Positions 1-12,489 of a DNA stretch of 64,000 nucleotides are shown here, piece by piece. Where the stretch lies: positions 40,920,001-40,984,000 of the forward strand of contig OZ336873.1 in the NCBI GenBank assembly GCA_965287045.1, read 5' to 3'. A program made the translations under genes and the position numbers. Source of the stretch: Carcharhinus amblyrhynchos. Its lineage: Eukaryota. Under the pieces are notes generated by a model, which saw nothing but the letters and a program-made list of their open reading frames with translations, had not been told where the DNA came from and searched no databases. How positions within the stretch are numbered: position 1 is the stretch's first letter; the number at the start of each line of letters is the position of its first letter.

Positions 1-960
1 ACCGCCCCCCTTTATCTTGAGGCTGTGCCCCCTAATCCTACTGTCCTTTCTGAGCGGGAAGAGTCTCTCCACCTCTATCCTACCCATCCCATTCATCATC
101 TTATATGTCTCAATGAGATCTCCCCTCATTCTTCTAAACTCTAACGAGTACAAGCCTAGTTTATTCAGCCTCTCCTCATAGCTCAACCCCCTCAACTCTG
201 GCATCAGCCTAGTAAACCTCCTCTGCACTCCCTCCAAGGCCAAAATATCCTTGCGTAAGTACGGCGACCAAAACTGCACACAGTACTCCAGCTGCGGCCT
301 CACCAGTGCCCTATACAGCCGCAGCAAGACCTCCCTACTTTTATATTCAATCCCCCTCGTTATGAAGGCCAGCATCCCATTCACCTTCCTGACCACCTGC
401 TGCACCTGCAGGCTGGCTTTTTGCGACTCATGCACAAGGACCCCGAGGTCCCTCTGCACCGTTGCCTGCTGCAGTTTTTCGCCACGAAAGTAATAATCCT
501 TCCTACCATTATTCCTACCAAAGTGGACCACCTTGCACTTGCCAACATTAAATTCCATTTGCCAGTTCCTGGCCCATTCGCCCAGCCTATCTAGATCCTT
601 CTGTAGACTCATCGCGCCCTCTGCGCAATTTGCCGTTCCACCAATCTTGGTGTCATCAGCAAATTTCGACACCCTGCACTCGGTTCCCTCCTCCAGATCA
701 TCTATATAAATGGTAAATAGCTGAGGCCCCAGCACCGACCCCTGGGGCACTCCACTAGTCACCATCCGCCAATCCAAATAACACCCACTGACCCCCACTC
801 TCTGCCTCCTATTTGACAACCAATCCTCTATCCACGCTAACACCCTACCCCCAACTCCATGTCCCCTGACCTTCTGCAATAACCTCTTGTGAGGTGCCTT
901 CTGAAAATCAAGAAAGATTACATCCACCGGCTCTCCTCTATCCACCGCCCTAGACACATC
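1..960 (-). mobile_element. CR1-type LINE fragment (RT C-terminal half), relatively young
   Basis: Reverse complement encodes CR1 RT motifs ([36 protein letters not shown]). Closely similar to the + strand copy at 19480-20385. Runs off the window start. Confidence 0.9.
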
Positions 961-984
961 CTCATAGAACTCCAGTACTTCTAC

Positions 985-1990
985 AAAGAACTCCAATAAA
1001 TTGGTTAAACATGGTTTCCCAGTCAGAAAACCATGCTGACTTTGCCTGATTGCTTTGAACTTATCTAAGTGCCGTGCTATAACATCTTCAATAAACAGCT
1101 TCTAATATTTTTACCTGTGACAGATGTTAAGCTAATTGGCCTGTAGTTTCCTTCTTTCTGTCTCTTTCCCCTTTTGAATTAAAGGCGTTACATTTGCTAT
1201 TTTCCAATCTAATGGAATCTTCGCTGAGCCTAGGGAATTTTGGAAAATTAAAACAAATGCATCAACAGTCTCACTTGTCTCTTCTTTAAGAATCTAGGAT
1301 AAGGTCCATCAGGACCTGGAGACTTGTCAGTCCACAGCTCTAAAAATTTGCTCAGTACCATATTCCTGATGACTGTAATTTCTTTGAGTTTCTGTTTTAC
1401 AGCTATTTCTGGGATGCTACTTGTATCCTCTATGGTGGTACTGATGCAAAATACCTGTTCTATTTAGCTGCCATCTCCTTATTTTCCATTATTAATTCCC
1501 CAGGCTCACTTTCTCTGGTACCAATGCTCCTTTTTTAATATCCCATACCAGCTCTTATTATGTATTTTTATATTTCTAGCTCGCTTTTTCTTGTAGCCTA
1601 ATTTTTCCCTTCTTAATAATCTTCTACTTTAAAAAAAAATTCTGAACAATCTTCTCACCTGTCACCCAATCTTGCGCAATTATATGCTTTTTAAGTTTGA
1701 TACTATCTTTTTTAATTAACCACAAATGCTGAGCGTTTTCTTTTTCATTGGAATGCATCTGCATTCTGAAATATCTCCTTAACATCAGCCACTGCATCTC
1801 TATTGACTTATCCCTAACCTAATTTGCTAGTTCTTTTTAACCAGCTCTGCTTTCACACCCTTAAAACTGCCCTTATTTAAGTTAAAAATACTAATCTTGG
1901 ATCCACTCTTCTCCCTCTCAAGCTGAATGTAAAATTATATCATGTTATGATAGCTTCTACCTACAGGTGCCTTTGCTACAAGTCATTGAT
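985..1990 (-). mobile_element. Older degenerate CR1 LINE fragment
   Basis: Reverse complement gives NYRPISLTSV and SQHGF motifs of the CR1 ORF2 region upstream of RT, with many stops. Confidence 0.7.
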
Positions 1991-2327
1991 TAATCCCATT
2001 TCATTGCACGATAATAGGACTTGTATACCATACACTCAGTCTGGTCCAGAATGTGCTGCTCTGAGGGTCTATCGAGGAAACATTCTATGAGCTCCTCACC
2101 TAAGCTATCTTTGCAAAAGTTCCCACATTAATGACCCCTGGACTCGCTTACCTGCCTCATTTCACAGTCACACGTTCCTGTTACTGACCACCGGCCAAAT
2201 CTGAAGACCTTACACTAAGAATGTGACCACATCCAGGTCTCTTTTCTCCTCCCTGTGCCTCGTCATTTCTGCAGTTCAGCCTCCAACTCGCTTTAAGTCG
2301 AAGCTCCTTCAGCTGCAAACACATTGT

Positions 2328-2575
2328 TTTTATTCATTCAAGAGATGTTGGCTTCACTGACCAGGCAAGCATTCATTGCCCATCCCCAGTTTTCCTTGAG
2401 AAGTTGGTGATGAGCTGCCTTCTTGAACTGCTGCTGTCCATGTTTAGTAGGTATACCCACAATGCTGCTAGGGAAGGTGCTCCAGAATTTTGACCCAGCA
2501 GCAATGAAGGAACAGTAATATTTTTCCAAGTCAGAGTGATGAGGGACTTGGAGTCGAACTTCCAGGTGGTGGTGT
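2328..2575 (-). mobile_element. 3' end of a CR1/L2-group LINE
   Basis: ORF 2338-2529 (SFIAAGSKFWSTFPSSIVGIPT..QFKKAAHHQLLK) resembles a LINE ORF2 C-terminus, followed by a short 3' tail ending ...gaatgaataaaaa. Confidence 0.7.
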
Positions 2576-2579
2576 GGGA

Positions 2580-4225
2580 ATTGGGGTGGAGGTACTGATT
2601 AGGGAAGGCATTGTGATGTTGGAAAAGAAGGATGCAATAGATTCCATTCGTTTAAGAGTTGAAAAGCATAAAGTGTATCTACATGCAATTGGGTGTATTT
2701 TACAGACGTTCAAATTGTGAGAAGCAGAGAGAAGAGCAAACCTGCAGGGAAACACAAAGACGTATACAAACAACAGCATTTTAGGAGACTTTAATTATCC
2801 AAATATTGACTGGGGTAATGTAAGAGTAAGTGGAAAGCAGGAGAAGAATTTCTGAAAAGTGTTCATGAGAAGTTGCTTGACCAGAATATTATTTGCTCAA
2901 CTAGAAAGGAGATATTGCTGGATCTGGTGCTGAGGAAAGAATTGGGTCAAGTGGACCAAGTGGGAGAACACTCGGGAAAGACTAATCATGGTATCATAAT
3001 TGAAAACAAATCACAGAACAATCCAAAGTAGAACTTCTAAATTTAGAGGAATAATTTCAGTCAGTTCAGAAGGGATCAAGCTAGGGTAAAATGGAACCAA
3101 GTTTGATAGGAAAAACTGTAACAGGACAATGAGTGACTTTTAGAAAAGAGATGTTTCAGGTACGTGCTAGTACATACCAACAAGGTAAGCAAACTAAAAC
3201 CAATGCTTCTTAGATGCTCAGGGAGTCAGAAAATACAGTGAAACAAAGTAAAAGCTACATATTACATGTGAGCTGTATACTTCACATAAGAACTAGGTTA
3301 AATATGATAAATTGAGAGGGGAAGTGACCAGCAAAGAAAGGATATATGAGAATAGAATGGCAGTCAACATGAAAAAAAACCCAAAATCTTCTACCCACAT
3401 GTAATTAGTAAGCAGGTAAGGAGGGTTGGAGTCCATCAGCAGCAAAAAAGGTGATGTTTGCTAAGAGGCACAGGACAAGGTTAGAATTTTTAATGAGTAC
3501 CTTGTATCAGTATTTACTAAGGAAGAGGATGCTGACAGTGGAAGAGGAGATGCTTGGTAATGGATGGGGTAAAAATTGATAGGCCAGATGTATTGGAACA
3601 GCTGACCATGCATAGTATGCCAAGTCATCTGGTACAGTTGGATTGCATCCCAGGTTGCTAAGGGAAGTAGGGGTGGATATTCCAGATGGGCTTACCATAA
3701 TCTTCCCTAGATATGGGGAAGGTATCACATCCTTGTTCAAGAAAGGATGCAAGGATATTCCTTGTGATGACAGGTCAATCAGTTTAACAGGTGAGGTTTT
3801 AGAAAAAATGATCAAGAAATAACTAGCAGGCACTTGCAGATGTTTGAGTTCATAAGGAGAGCCAGCACACACTATACACGATGAATCCAATTGAATTTTT
3901 TGATGAAATAACAGAGAAGGCTGACAAGAGAATACAATGGATCTTGGTCATATGCATTTTAAGAAAGCATTTAAAGTTCCACATAAAATGCTAGTTAACA
4001 AAAATTGGAACAGATGGGTTAGATTAAAAATTTGTCTGAAGGACAGAAAACAGCAACTGTTAGTAAATGGTTGTTTTTCAGATTGGAGGATGAAAGACTG
4101 TGGTATTCCTCAAAGGTCAGAGCTACTTTTTTAATATACCTAAATTGACCTGGATATTGCTATACAAAGCATAATTTAAACATTTGCTGATATCAAATTT
4201 GGAAGTGCAGCAAACAATGAGGGGA
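2580..4225 (+). mobile_element. Degenerate CR1 LINE (endonuclease C-terminus to RT)
   Basis: GDFNYPNIDW at ~2784, LDLVL at ~2917, FKKAF-KVPH at ~3958, GIPQRS at ~4101; many frameshifts. Confidence 0.8.
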
Positions 4226-4472
4226 AAAAAAGAAAGTCTTGCATCTAGAGAGCACTTCTCCAGATGTCTCAGAGCGGGGTGCCTTTGTGAACAGAAAGTG
4301 ATTCCATCCCCTCAATGTTCAAGTCATCTGAGACTATCATAAGTAGATCATGTTTCTGGGAAGCAGTCATGACTCCTACATCCTTTGGACAATCTCAACG
4401 GCCTCAGCTCTACAATCACCCAAACGTCTTTGTAGTTAGATCGTGGGACACAAGGGATATCTATTGAAGTAT

Positions 4473-4735
4473 GGGCTGCATGATAGCACAGTGGTTAGCA
4501 CTGATGCCGCAAAGCACCAGGGTTCGATTCTGACTTGGGTCACTGACTGTGTGGAGTTTGTATAGTCTCCTAGTGTCTTTGGGAGTTTCCTCCCACAGTC
4601 CGAATGACGTGCTGGTTAAGCGAATTGGCCATGCTAAATTCTCCCTCAGTGTACCCGAACAGGTACTCCAGTGTGGCAACTAAGCGATTTTCAAAATAAC
4701 TTCATTGCAGCCTACTTGTGACATGAATAAATAAA
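4473..4735 (+). mobile_element. tRNA-derived V-SINE (HE1-like)
   Basis: A-box-like agcacagtggttagca, B-box-like ggttcgattc, V-domain ctgtgtggagtttg...tttcctcccacagtcc, A-rich tail aataaataaa. Confidence 0.85.
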
Positions 4736-4949
4736 TGTTAAAAATTCTGACCTCTGTATACAACCCAACATCCAAATGGAACCACATCCAGCTGCTGCCA
4801 TATGATTACCAGGGTCACCATCAAACAGCCCATTTGTCTTTTTCACTATGAAGTTTAGATACCTTGCTAGGTCTGGGGGAAGCTCAAAAAGTATTCTGCA
4901 TCCTTGTCTGCTGTTGCACAACCTTGTGTTTTAGAGGGAAGTAGCACCA

Positions 4950-5760
4950 GAGCTAGAGGAAGACATGAGAGCCACACTCTTAGAGGAGGAGGATGAGCAT
5001 CAGGTATCTTAACAGGTGCCATCAATTATAATGGCATCATGGGCCCAGCTCTCTGGACAGTGACATGTGCTTAGCAGGGAGATTTGCAATTTTCTAATCA
5101 GCAGGCACTTCATATGAGGCCACCAAACAAAAGTCCCTTCCCAGAGCAGCCATGACTCTCGACATCTTGCTATACCTATCAGCACTATATGCCAAGGCTG
5201 GCTGTCAATGCAAGTGCTCATGTGGCATTCACTTTACATAGCATCCATCTATTTGATTCCACATCTGGTCACTATCAGTTGCTCAATAAAAATAAATAAA
5301 CTGTCTTTATATACTGAACGTCAAGGCTTTTAACTCTCATTAAAGGCGTCTGCAGTTAACAAGTTATTACCCAGTGAAATTCCAAGTGCTAGTTGGTGAC
5401 TTTACATGCTCGCTTAAGGTCAACTCCTTTGGGTGCTCCCTCTATGCCTGGAGTTGACTGGGGGAGAAAGCCATTTCATTCCTTATTCTTGCATTAGATT
5501 GCCAAGGCCCGAATCTTCTGTGTATCTCAGCTCCCAGGTTCAGCACCTGGCAATGGAAAGATGCATGACTGGCCCATCTTGCCCATCCATCACTTCACAT
5601 ATTTCACGGGTAAGACTATGCTATAGTTATCTGTGTGCAGTTTCCGCATCTACTTGGATCTATGGTCCCATGTATCTCTCCTTCAGGGTTACGACTCTCT
5701 CAATGGAGGACGTCATACATTCACATGCCAGAGACATGACAAGGACTAAGTCCTCCACGG
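4950..5760 (-). mobile_element. Possible highly decayed Harbinger transposase remnant
   Basis: Weak resemblance to the better-preserved Harbinger copies elsewhere in the window; no clean motif. Confidence 0.3.
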
Positions 5761-6121
5761 GTTATGCATGGAACAACACTGCCTCCAGAAACTGACCAAC
5801 GTTCATATATTTGACATCAAAACATCTGCTTTGCTGGCTCACCATCTGCATGGGGAAGTGGTCACAGTGGTTACTGCCTCCTTTAACGTGCCTTGCGCAT
5901 TTGTTCAGTGCTCACCAGATTGAAGTTCAGGCAAAATGGATAGCATATATCAATGGGAGTATAATTGTCCTGGTGGAAATTGTGCTGGAATGAGGTGACA
6001 CTGCAGATTTAAATTGCCTCTCAATCTTCCAGTTTAGTGGGAGCCCTCATCTGCTGTGCATGTGGGAGAAACATGAATAAGTACCCCTTCAATCAAACCT
6101 CTCCTTGATTTGGAGCTTCCA

Positions 6122-7364
6122 AGTTTTGTGAAGGGTAGGTCACGCCTCACAAACCTTATTGAGTTCTTTGAGAAGGTGACCAAAGACATGGATGAGAGTA
6201 AAGCAGTTGATGTGGTGTATATGGATTTCAGTAAAGCGTTTGATAAGGTTCCCCACGGTAAGCTATTGCAGAAGATACGGAGGCATGGGATTGAGGGTGA
6301 TTTAGCAGTTTGGATCAGAAATTGGCTACCTGCAAGAAGACAGAGGGGGCGGTTGATGGGAAATGTTCGTCGTGGAGTTCAGTTACTAGTGGTGTACCAC
6401 AAGGATCTGTTTTGGGGCCACTGCTGTTTGTCATTTTTATATATGAGCTGGATGAGGGTGTAGAAGGATGGGTTAGTAAATTTGCGGATGACACTAAAGT
6501 CGGTGGATTTGTGGACAGTGCGGAAGGATGTTGCAGATTACAGAAGGACATAGAAAGCTGCAGAGCTGGGTTTGAGAGGTGACAAATGGAGTTTAATGTG
6601 GAAAAGTGTGATGTGATTCAATTTGGAAGGAGTAACAGGAATACAGAGTACTGGGCTAATGGTAAGATACTTGATAGTGTGGATGAGCAGAGAAATCCTG
6701 GTGTCCATGTGCATAGATCCCTGAAAGTTGGCACCCAAGTTGATAGGGTTGTTACGAAGGTGTACGGTGTGTTAGCTTTTATTGGTAGAGGGACTGAGAT
6801 TTGGAGCCATGAGGTCATGTTGCAGCTGTACAAAACCCTGATGTGGCCACACAGAGTATTGCATACAGTGCTGATTGCTGCATTATAGGAAGGATTGGAA
6901 AGGGTGCAGAGGAGATTTACCAGGATGTTGCCTGGTATGGTGGGAAGGTCTTACGAGGAATGGCTGAGGGACTTGAGACTGTTTTCGTTAGTGAGAAGGT
7001 GGTGAAGAGGTGACTTAATAGAGGCATATAAGATGATCGAAGGATTAGATAGGGTGGGCAGCGAGAGCCTTTTTCCTGGGATGGAGATGGCTAGCACGAG
7101 GGGACATAGCTTTAAAGTGAGGGATGATAGATATAGGATAGATGTCAGAGATAGGTTCTTTACTCAGAGAGTAGTAAGGACGTGGAATGCCCTGCCTGCA
7201 ACAGCAGTGGACTCACCAACATTAAGGGCATTTAAATGGTCATTGGATAAACATATGGATGATATTGGAATAGTGTAGATTAGATGAGCTTTAGATTGGT
7301 TTCAAGGTCGGCGCAACATCAAGGGCTGAAGGGCCTGTACTGCGCTGTAATGTTCTATGTTCTA
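6122..7364 (+). mobile_element. 5'-truncated CR1 LINE with RT domain and 3' tail
   Basis: [38 protein letters not shown] and FFTQRVVRTWNALP across frameshifted ORFs; ends in tgttctatgttcta repeat tail. Confidence 0.95.
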
Positions 7365-8399
7365 AGCAATTGGGTGGTGAAAGTAAAAAGTGCACAACCA
7401 AATATTTGCAGCTTAAATTCTACAGTGGACATTACTCAAAACAACTTCCACATGAAGATTTAATCTTTCCAATTTTAAAGAGAGTGCAAGATGGAATGCC
7501 TTAAATGCAGAAGAATTTTTCACCAGAATAGCAAAGTAAAACATACGTTAAAGAGCATGCAAATCTACAAGTATTAATTTTCCTCTATTAATCAGGGAGT
7601 CATCCATGCATTAATTTGTCTTTACTTGCCCAAATTGAATCAGTTTTGCCATATTTAAAAGAACATTTGCCACTTCTACCAAGTGCACTTAACTCATGTC
7701 ACAACATAATTCCATAAACATTGACAGCCCTCTGGACCAAGCATGAGCCTACACAGGTTTTGGCAGGTTATACCTGCATGTGCACTTTCAAGTAGATTTC
7801 ACTGGATAAAATCCTGTCTGATTTTACTCCCCCGTAGTCCAGGAGTACCAAGGCTGATCATTGCCCTATCATTGCATTGACTGAGGTCAATTAACTCAGA
7901 ACAAAACGAGGATCAAATCCAAGACACAATTACCTGTACTATTCTGTAAAACAAGAGTTTTCGCTTTAGCTATGATCAACAATTCCAGTGCAAATTGCAC
8001 CCATTTTGAAATGTTCTTTTACCCCATCAATCCTGCCTCAGATTTTCCACTCAAACCTATTTATTGCTGAAGGCAAAATCTGTCATGTAACTAGTGCAAT
8101 TCTGCAGCATTTCAACATATAATTTAAAAAATACTGCTTGACATATTTAAAAGAAATAACTTGGTAAAATGTGATCAATACAGCTAAATGGGTTTATCAA
8201 AAAATAAACATTTAAATCAGTGTCAAGCCATCACCTGAGAAGAACCTGATTTTAAATGACTGAAAATGGCTTTAAAAATATACAAAATGATTTTCCAATT
8301 GTATGACATCAGTTCCTCAGTAACTTTAAAAATATTTTCATTTAAAACCTTTCAAAATGTACCTGTTGGTGTTCTTGTGCCCAAAAACGCCTTCAAAAG

Positions 8400-8830
8400 A
8401 CAATAAACAGAAAATCCCAATGATGATTAATGCATCTTGGGGTGTGACCAATATTACAGGTTGGGCCTACTTCAAGTACATTGTTTTAAGAATTAGTGGA
8501 AAAGATTGTGGGAACTCTGAATGCAATTTGCATTTAAAATTGTGTGATCTTTTGCACTGGTTACGTCAGCATCAGCTGTATTGTGCAGTTACATTTTAGG
8601 TAGTGCAAGAGTTAAAAATGTTACAAAGATTATGAACTTTAACATGATTTTGTTTTAGTTGTTTTCACCAAGGAAACAGGTTGATCTTAATCATTGTAAT
8701 GGTGAGCCAAGAGACAGCCTATTGGATCCACCTTTCAAATGAGTGCTGTTCCATTAACCAAAAGACAATCTCCAAGAGATTGTTTTGATCCTCGTCAAAG
8801 TGAAATATCTTCATGTAGAAGCGAGAGAGC
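8400..8830. promoter_or_regulatory. Candidate conserved non-coding element / enhancer
   Basis: Repeat-free, complex AT-rich sequence in an Irx gene desert with PBX-HOX-like TGATTAATG (8424-8432). Conservation cannot be tested here. Confidence 0.35.
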
Positions 8831-9794
8831 TTTTGAAAGACAAAACTAGTAAGAAACTTTGAGGAAGAGGTGTTCATCAAAATCAATTTTCCTTTTTAAG
8901 TACAATTTCTGAATGATTGGCAAGGTAATTTGTTACAAGGCAACATATCCTCATTACCCATACCATACTTCAGATTAACACTGCAATTTTTGACGTGTTT
9001 CTTTTGTTTTATGCCACAATGTAAAAACACTGCCTATTTTTTGATAAAAATCAATAAAATTACCATTTCTCAAATAAAACATTCACAGTAGAGTGGCTTT
9101 TTTTAATTTGGATATAATAATTTTAGGTTTTGAGGTTTTCCTCCTCAACTAAAAAAAAATCAAATATTACACTATTAGGTTATCCTAATTCTGATCTTTA
9201 TTTTCAGCAAATGACTTTCTTTCACCATCAAATTACTGGTTAGAAAGGAAGGTCCTCTGGCAAGGAAGGAGTTAATGTAACTAAAAGTGTCACAATCTTT
9301 TAAATAAAAATGACCTGCCTTTAACTAGTAAAAGTACCATAATTGGATAAATAATTAGATGACTTTCTTCATGACAACAGTTCCTTCATATGCTTTAAAT
9401 GATCTTGTTAGTAGGTTCCACATTACTTTTCTCATTAACATTTGAAAGGTTTCAAATGCAAATCTGCTCAATAGAATAATTACTGGACCCACAAATTTAC
9501 CCAAACACGACTTTCTTGGGTGAGGAAATGACAGCTGGCTGATTGGCTGACAGCATACAATTGTTGCAAGTACAGATCAGAAGGTTCAGACATGCCGTCC
9601 TGTAGGAATTCTAGGCTATGACGGATGAGAAACATACACTTCAAACTGTTTTCTAGACCAAAAAAATGTTATAATAGCTGTTTAACTTAGAAATAAACAT
9701 CCTTAATTAGAATTTCTGCACTGCTGATTCAACAAATTACATCCATCCCACTATATTCACCACACCATTGGTTAGATGTTGATTTTTTTATATT

Positions 9795-9800
9795 TTTATT
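9795..9800 (-). terminator. Candidate poly(A) signal AATAAA for the minus-strand transcript
   Basis: tttatt on the + strand, ~150 nt downstream of the stop of the candidate terminal exon. Confidence 0.3.
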
Positions 9801-9947
9801 TTCTAAAGTAATTGCTGAGTAATATTTCAAAAGTAGAATTCAACATTTTTTCTGCCCCCACCCCAGAGAAAAGTACTATTTCAATCTGGTTTTCTATGTT
9901 TGTCTCAAATAACATTTTTCCTGATAACTTTTTAAGGCTGTTCAAAT

Positions 9948-10071
9948 TTAAAACTCGCCCGGAATCCTGACAAGTCCTTTTGTGAGTGAAGCTGCTCGAG
10001 TTTTCTTAACTGGCTGTTTCCAAAATAGAGAAGTTCTTAGATTCTCACGTCTGTAAAAACCGATGGTAGTG
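9948..10071 (-). CDS. Candidate terminal coding exon of an unannotated minus-strand gene (TTIGFYRRENLRTSLFWKQPVKKTRAASLTKGLVRIPGEF*)
   Basis: Strong acceptor cttcacttgttcttccttgtctttcag|C; open in phase 2 for 40 codons to TAA; phase matches the exon at 15581-15635; AATAAA downstream. Confidence 0.45.
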
Positions 10072-10260
10072 CTGAAAGACAAGGAAGAACAAGTGAAGCC
10101 ACCTATGCTGAGCTTTGAAAGGCAAACCCTTGGTAAAGTAATTACACGCAACACTGCTCCACAACTGATTTGTCAGAATTGCTTGTTAAAACTGTACTTA
10201 CCTATGTAAATATGGTTGAGCTTAACACAGTTTCCACGGATACTTCATTATTCCACTTTT

Positions 10261-10331
10261 GTTGGGGTTGGTTGGTTGGTTGGTTGGCTGGGGGGGGGGT
10301 GGGGGGGGAGGTGGTGGAGGTGGAGGGGGTG
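10261..10331 (+). repeat. (GGTT)n plus G-tract low-complexity repeat
   Basis: ggttggttggttggttgg followed by long G runs. Confidence 0.9.
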
Positions 10332-10794
10332 TAACTTGTTATCTGAGAATATTTGACTTAGGCATTATCCACCAATAAACTACTCTCACAGTCATTTGAT
10401 GATTTCCTTAATATGCCTATAAATTTATGTTGACATGTCCCACTAAAACTACATCAATTTCCCTTTGATGTTCCTACCTAACCCTCCCTCTAATGACATA
10501 CATTAAGCCACAGTACCTATTCAGAACACAGATGTTTGGATACGTGAACAACAAGCAATTACAAATAGAACTGATCGTGATATAGTGAAGTCTACTTCAA
10601 TGAATCATCTTACTTAGAAGAATCAAAACAGAAAATTCATTACAAAATTATTAAGCTCTACCTACTATTTAACTGTGCATCACCCAACAAACAAGGAATA
10701 AGTAATGTAACTGGAGAAACATTGTATCAGATCTATATTCAATTGTGACACTGATTCTGTATTTAGTTTGCATTGTGATAGCAATGGACATTTA

Positions 10795-11185
10795 GGGCCC
10801 GATTTTCCCATTGCGTTGTGCCCATTTTCTGGCGCAAAAACTTGATAAAGTTGGGTGTGAGGACATTAGTGCGATCCGCGCCTTTGCAGATGGCCACTTT
10901 AACAAGACCCAGGAATGGCTGTGATCCAATTTGCGCCTGAAACGGGCGCAACGGTGAGTTAGATGCATTTGCACACATTTAAATTGAATTAGTGAACTGC
11001 GTTTGCTGATCTGGAATTGCACCGAAATGGACAAGCTGAATTAAAGTCAGAATAGGGCGCTCCAGCTGCTGAATAGGCATGTTCAGAGCTTCCAACGGAT
11101 CTCTGACTCAGATCGGTGGTGGGGGGAGGAGGGAGGCACGTCAGATCATTCTCTGGTGAGGGTGAGGGGGGGGGGGGGAAGAGAA

Positions 11186-11243
<58 letters not shown>

Positions 11244-11904
11244 GATCATTGTCTGGTTGTGGGGTGGGGGAGGGGGAGGGCAGTGAGGCTGGCCACATCA
11301 TTCTTTGTTGAGAGGGTGAGGAGGGAGGAGGCGGGTCAGATGTACCTGTGGAGAGGGGGAGTAAGGCCAGGTCATTCTCTGGGGGTGGGGAGGGGAAGTG
11401 AGGCCAGATTATTCTCTTGGAAGGGAGGGAGGGGGAGGCAGTGAGGCCAGATCATTCTCAGGGAAGTTGAGAGAAATGCAAGTAAGACGTATTTCTGATG
11501 GGGGAAAGAGGCAGGGACAGAAGGGGCAGGGGTGTCTGCTGCTACTCTGCGGGCAATCGGTCGGGGAGGGAAGGGGACAGGGGGGCCGCAAATCGGTCTG
11601 CTTAGTTGGTGGGGGGAGGGGGGGGACAGTGATGGCTGTGGGGGCCATCACTCCAGCTTTTCTCTCCTGGCCACTTTCTCTGCTTTTTGCGGCTCAAGAG
11701 CGATGTGACAGGTGCACTTTTTCACATTTTTTTCCAATTGCACATGCACAGTTCAGAACTCCGGTAGTTTTGGGCGTGCCCACAGAGTGATTCAGACTGG
11801 CAATTTTTTTTCAGGCTGAGTGCTGATCTGTAAGCAGATTTCCAAGTCGGATCTGAATTGCACCCAGATTCAGCACTTAGAATGAAAATGGTAAAATCAG
11901 GCCT
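10795..11904. mobile_element. Non-autonomous PIF/Harbinger-type DNA transposon (MITE)
   Basis: TIRs gggcccgattttcccatt / aatggtaaaatcaggcct (15/18 match as inverted repeats); TTA target-site duplication at 10792-10794 and 11905-11907. Confidence 0.85.
11186..11243 (+). repeat. (GACGAG)n hexamer microsatellite, ~9.7 units, inside the MITE
   Basis: Perfect tandem gacgag; explains the spurious poly-RP ORF. Confidence 0.95.
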
Positions 11905-12489
11905 TTAATGTTTTTGGTAAAGGATAACTTCAGTTGTTGAAAAATCCCAAGTGGCCTAACTATAGGCCAATTGATTAAACTGGACCAAACACAAACTTTG
12001 CCTTGGAGTTTTTAGAAGATTCAACACTGTTTGAAGAATGTGAAACTCCCAAACTAAAATGCTCAGTTTTCCCCCAACCAGGAATCAATTCAGTTTCATT
12101 GGAGTTTCTTGGTAAATCAAATGCTGCCACAGTATCAAGGACATTCACTCCAACCTCACCTTTTGACAACAACTTGTATTAATGTGTTAACAAGGACTGT
12201 AATAAAGGTCCAGAGCTGAATGGTCCTGGTGTTTGAACAAAGTACAACCCTGTTCTATATTAATATTGTGTTAAATTCATAATCACAAAGCATGCTAGAT
12301 CTTTGGGGGCAGTTTTAAACAAGATCAGCAGCAAATACCATCTCTCTGCCGCTGATCACAAAATCTGAGCCAATCCAATTTCTCCCACAGAGTTAGGAAC
12401 GGATAGAGTATACTCCTGGTTAAAGTAATTAATGAAAATTTCATACTTTATAAAATAGTGGCAAGAACAGTTTCAGAACAAAAAACTGA

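Noticed and set aside
10989-11790. Poly-(Arg-Pro) and Gly/Pro-rich ORFs
   Set aside because: Artefacts of the (GACGAG)n and G-rich minisatellite inside a MITE.
11975-12172. Minus-strand ORF as an additional exon between the last two candidate exons
   Set aside because: No convincing polypyrimidine acceptor, and only a non-canonical GC donor candidate.
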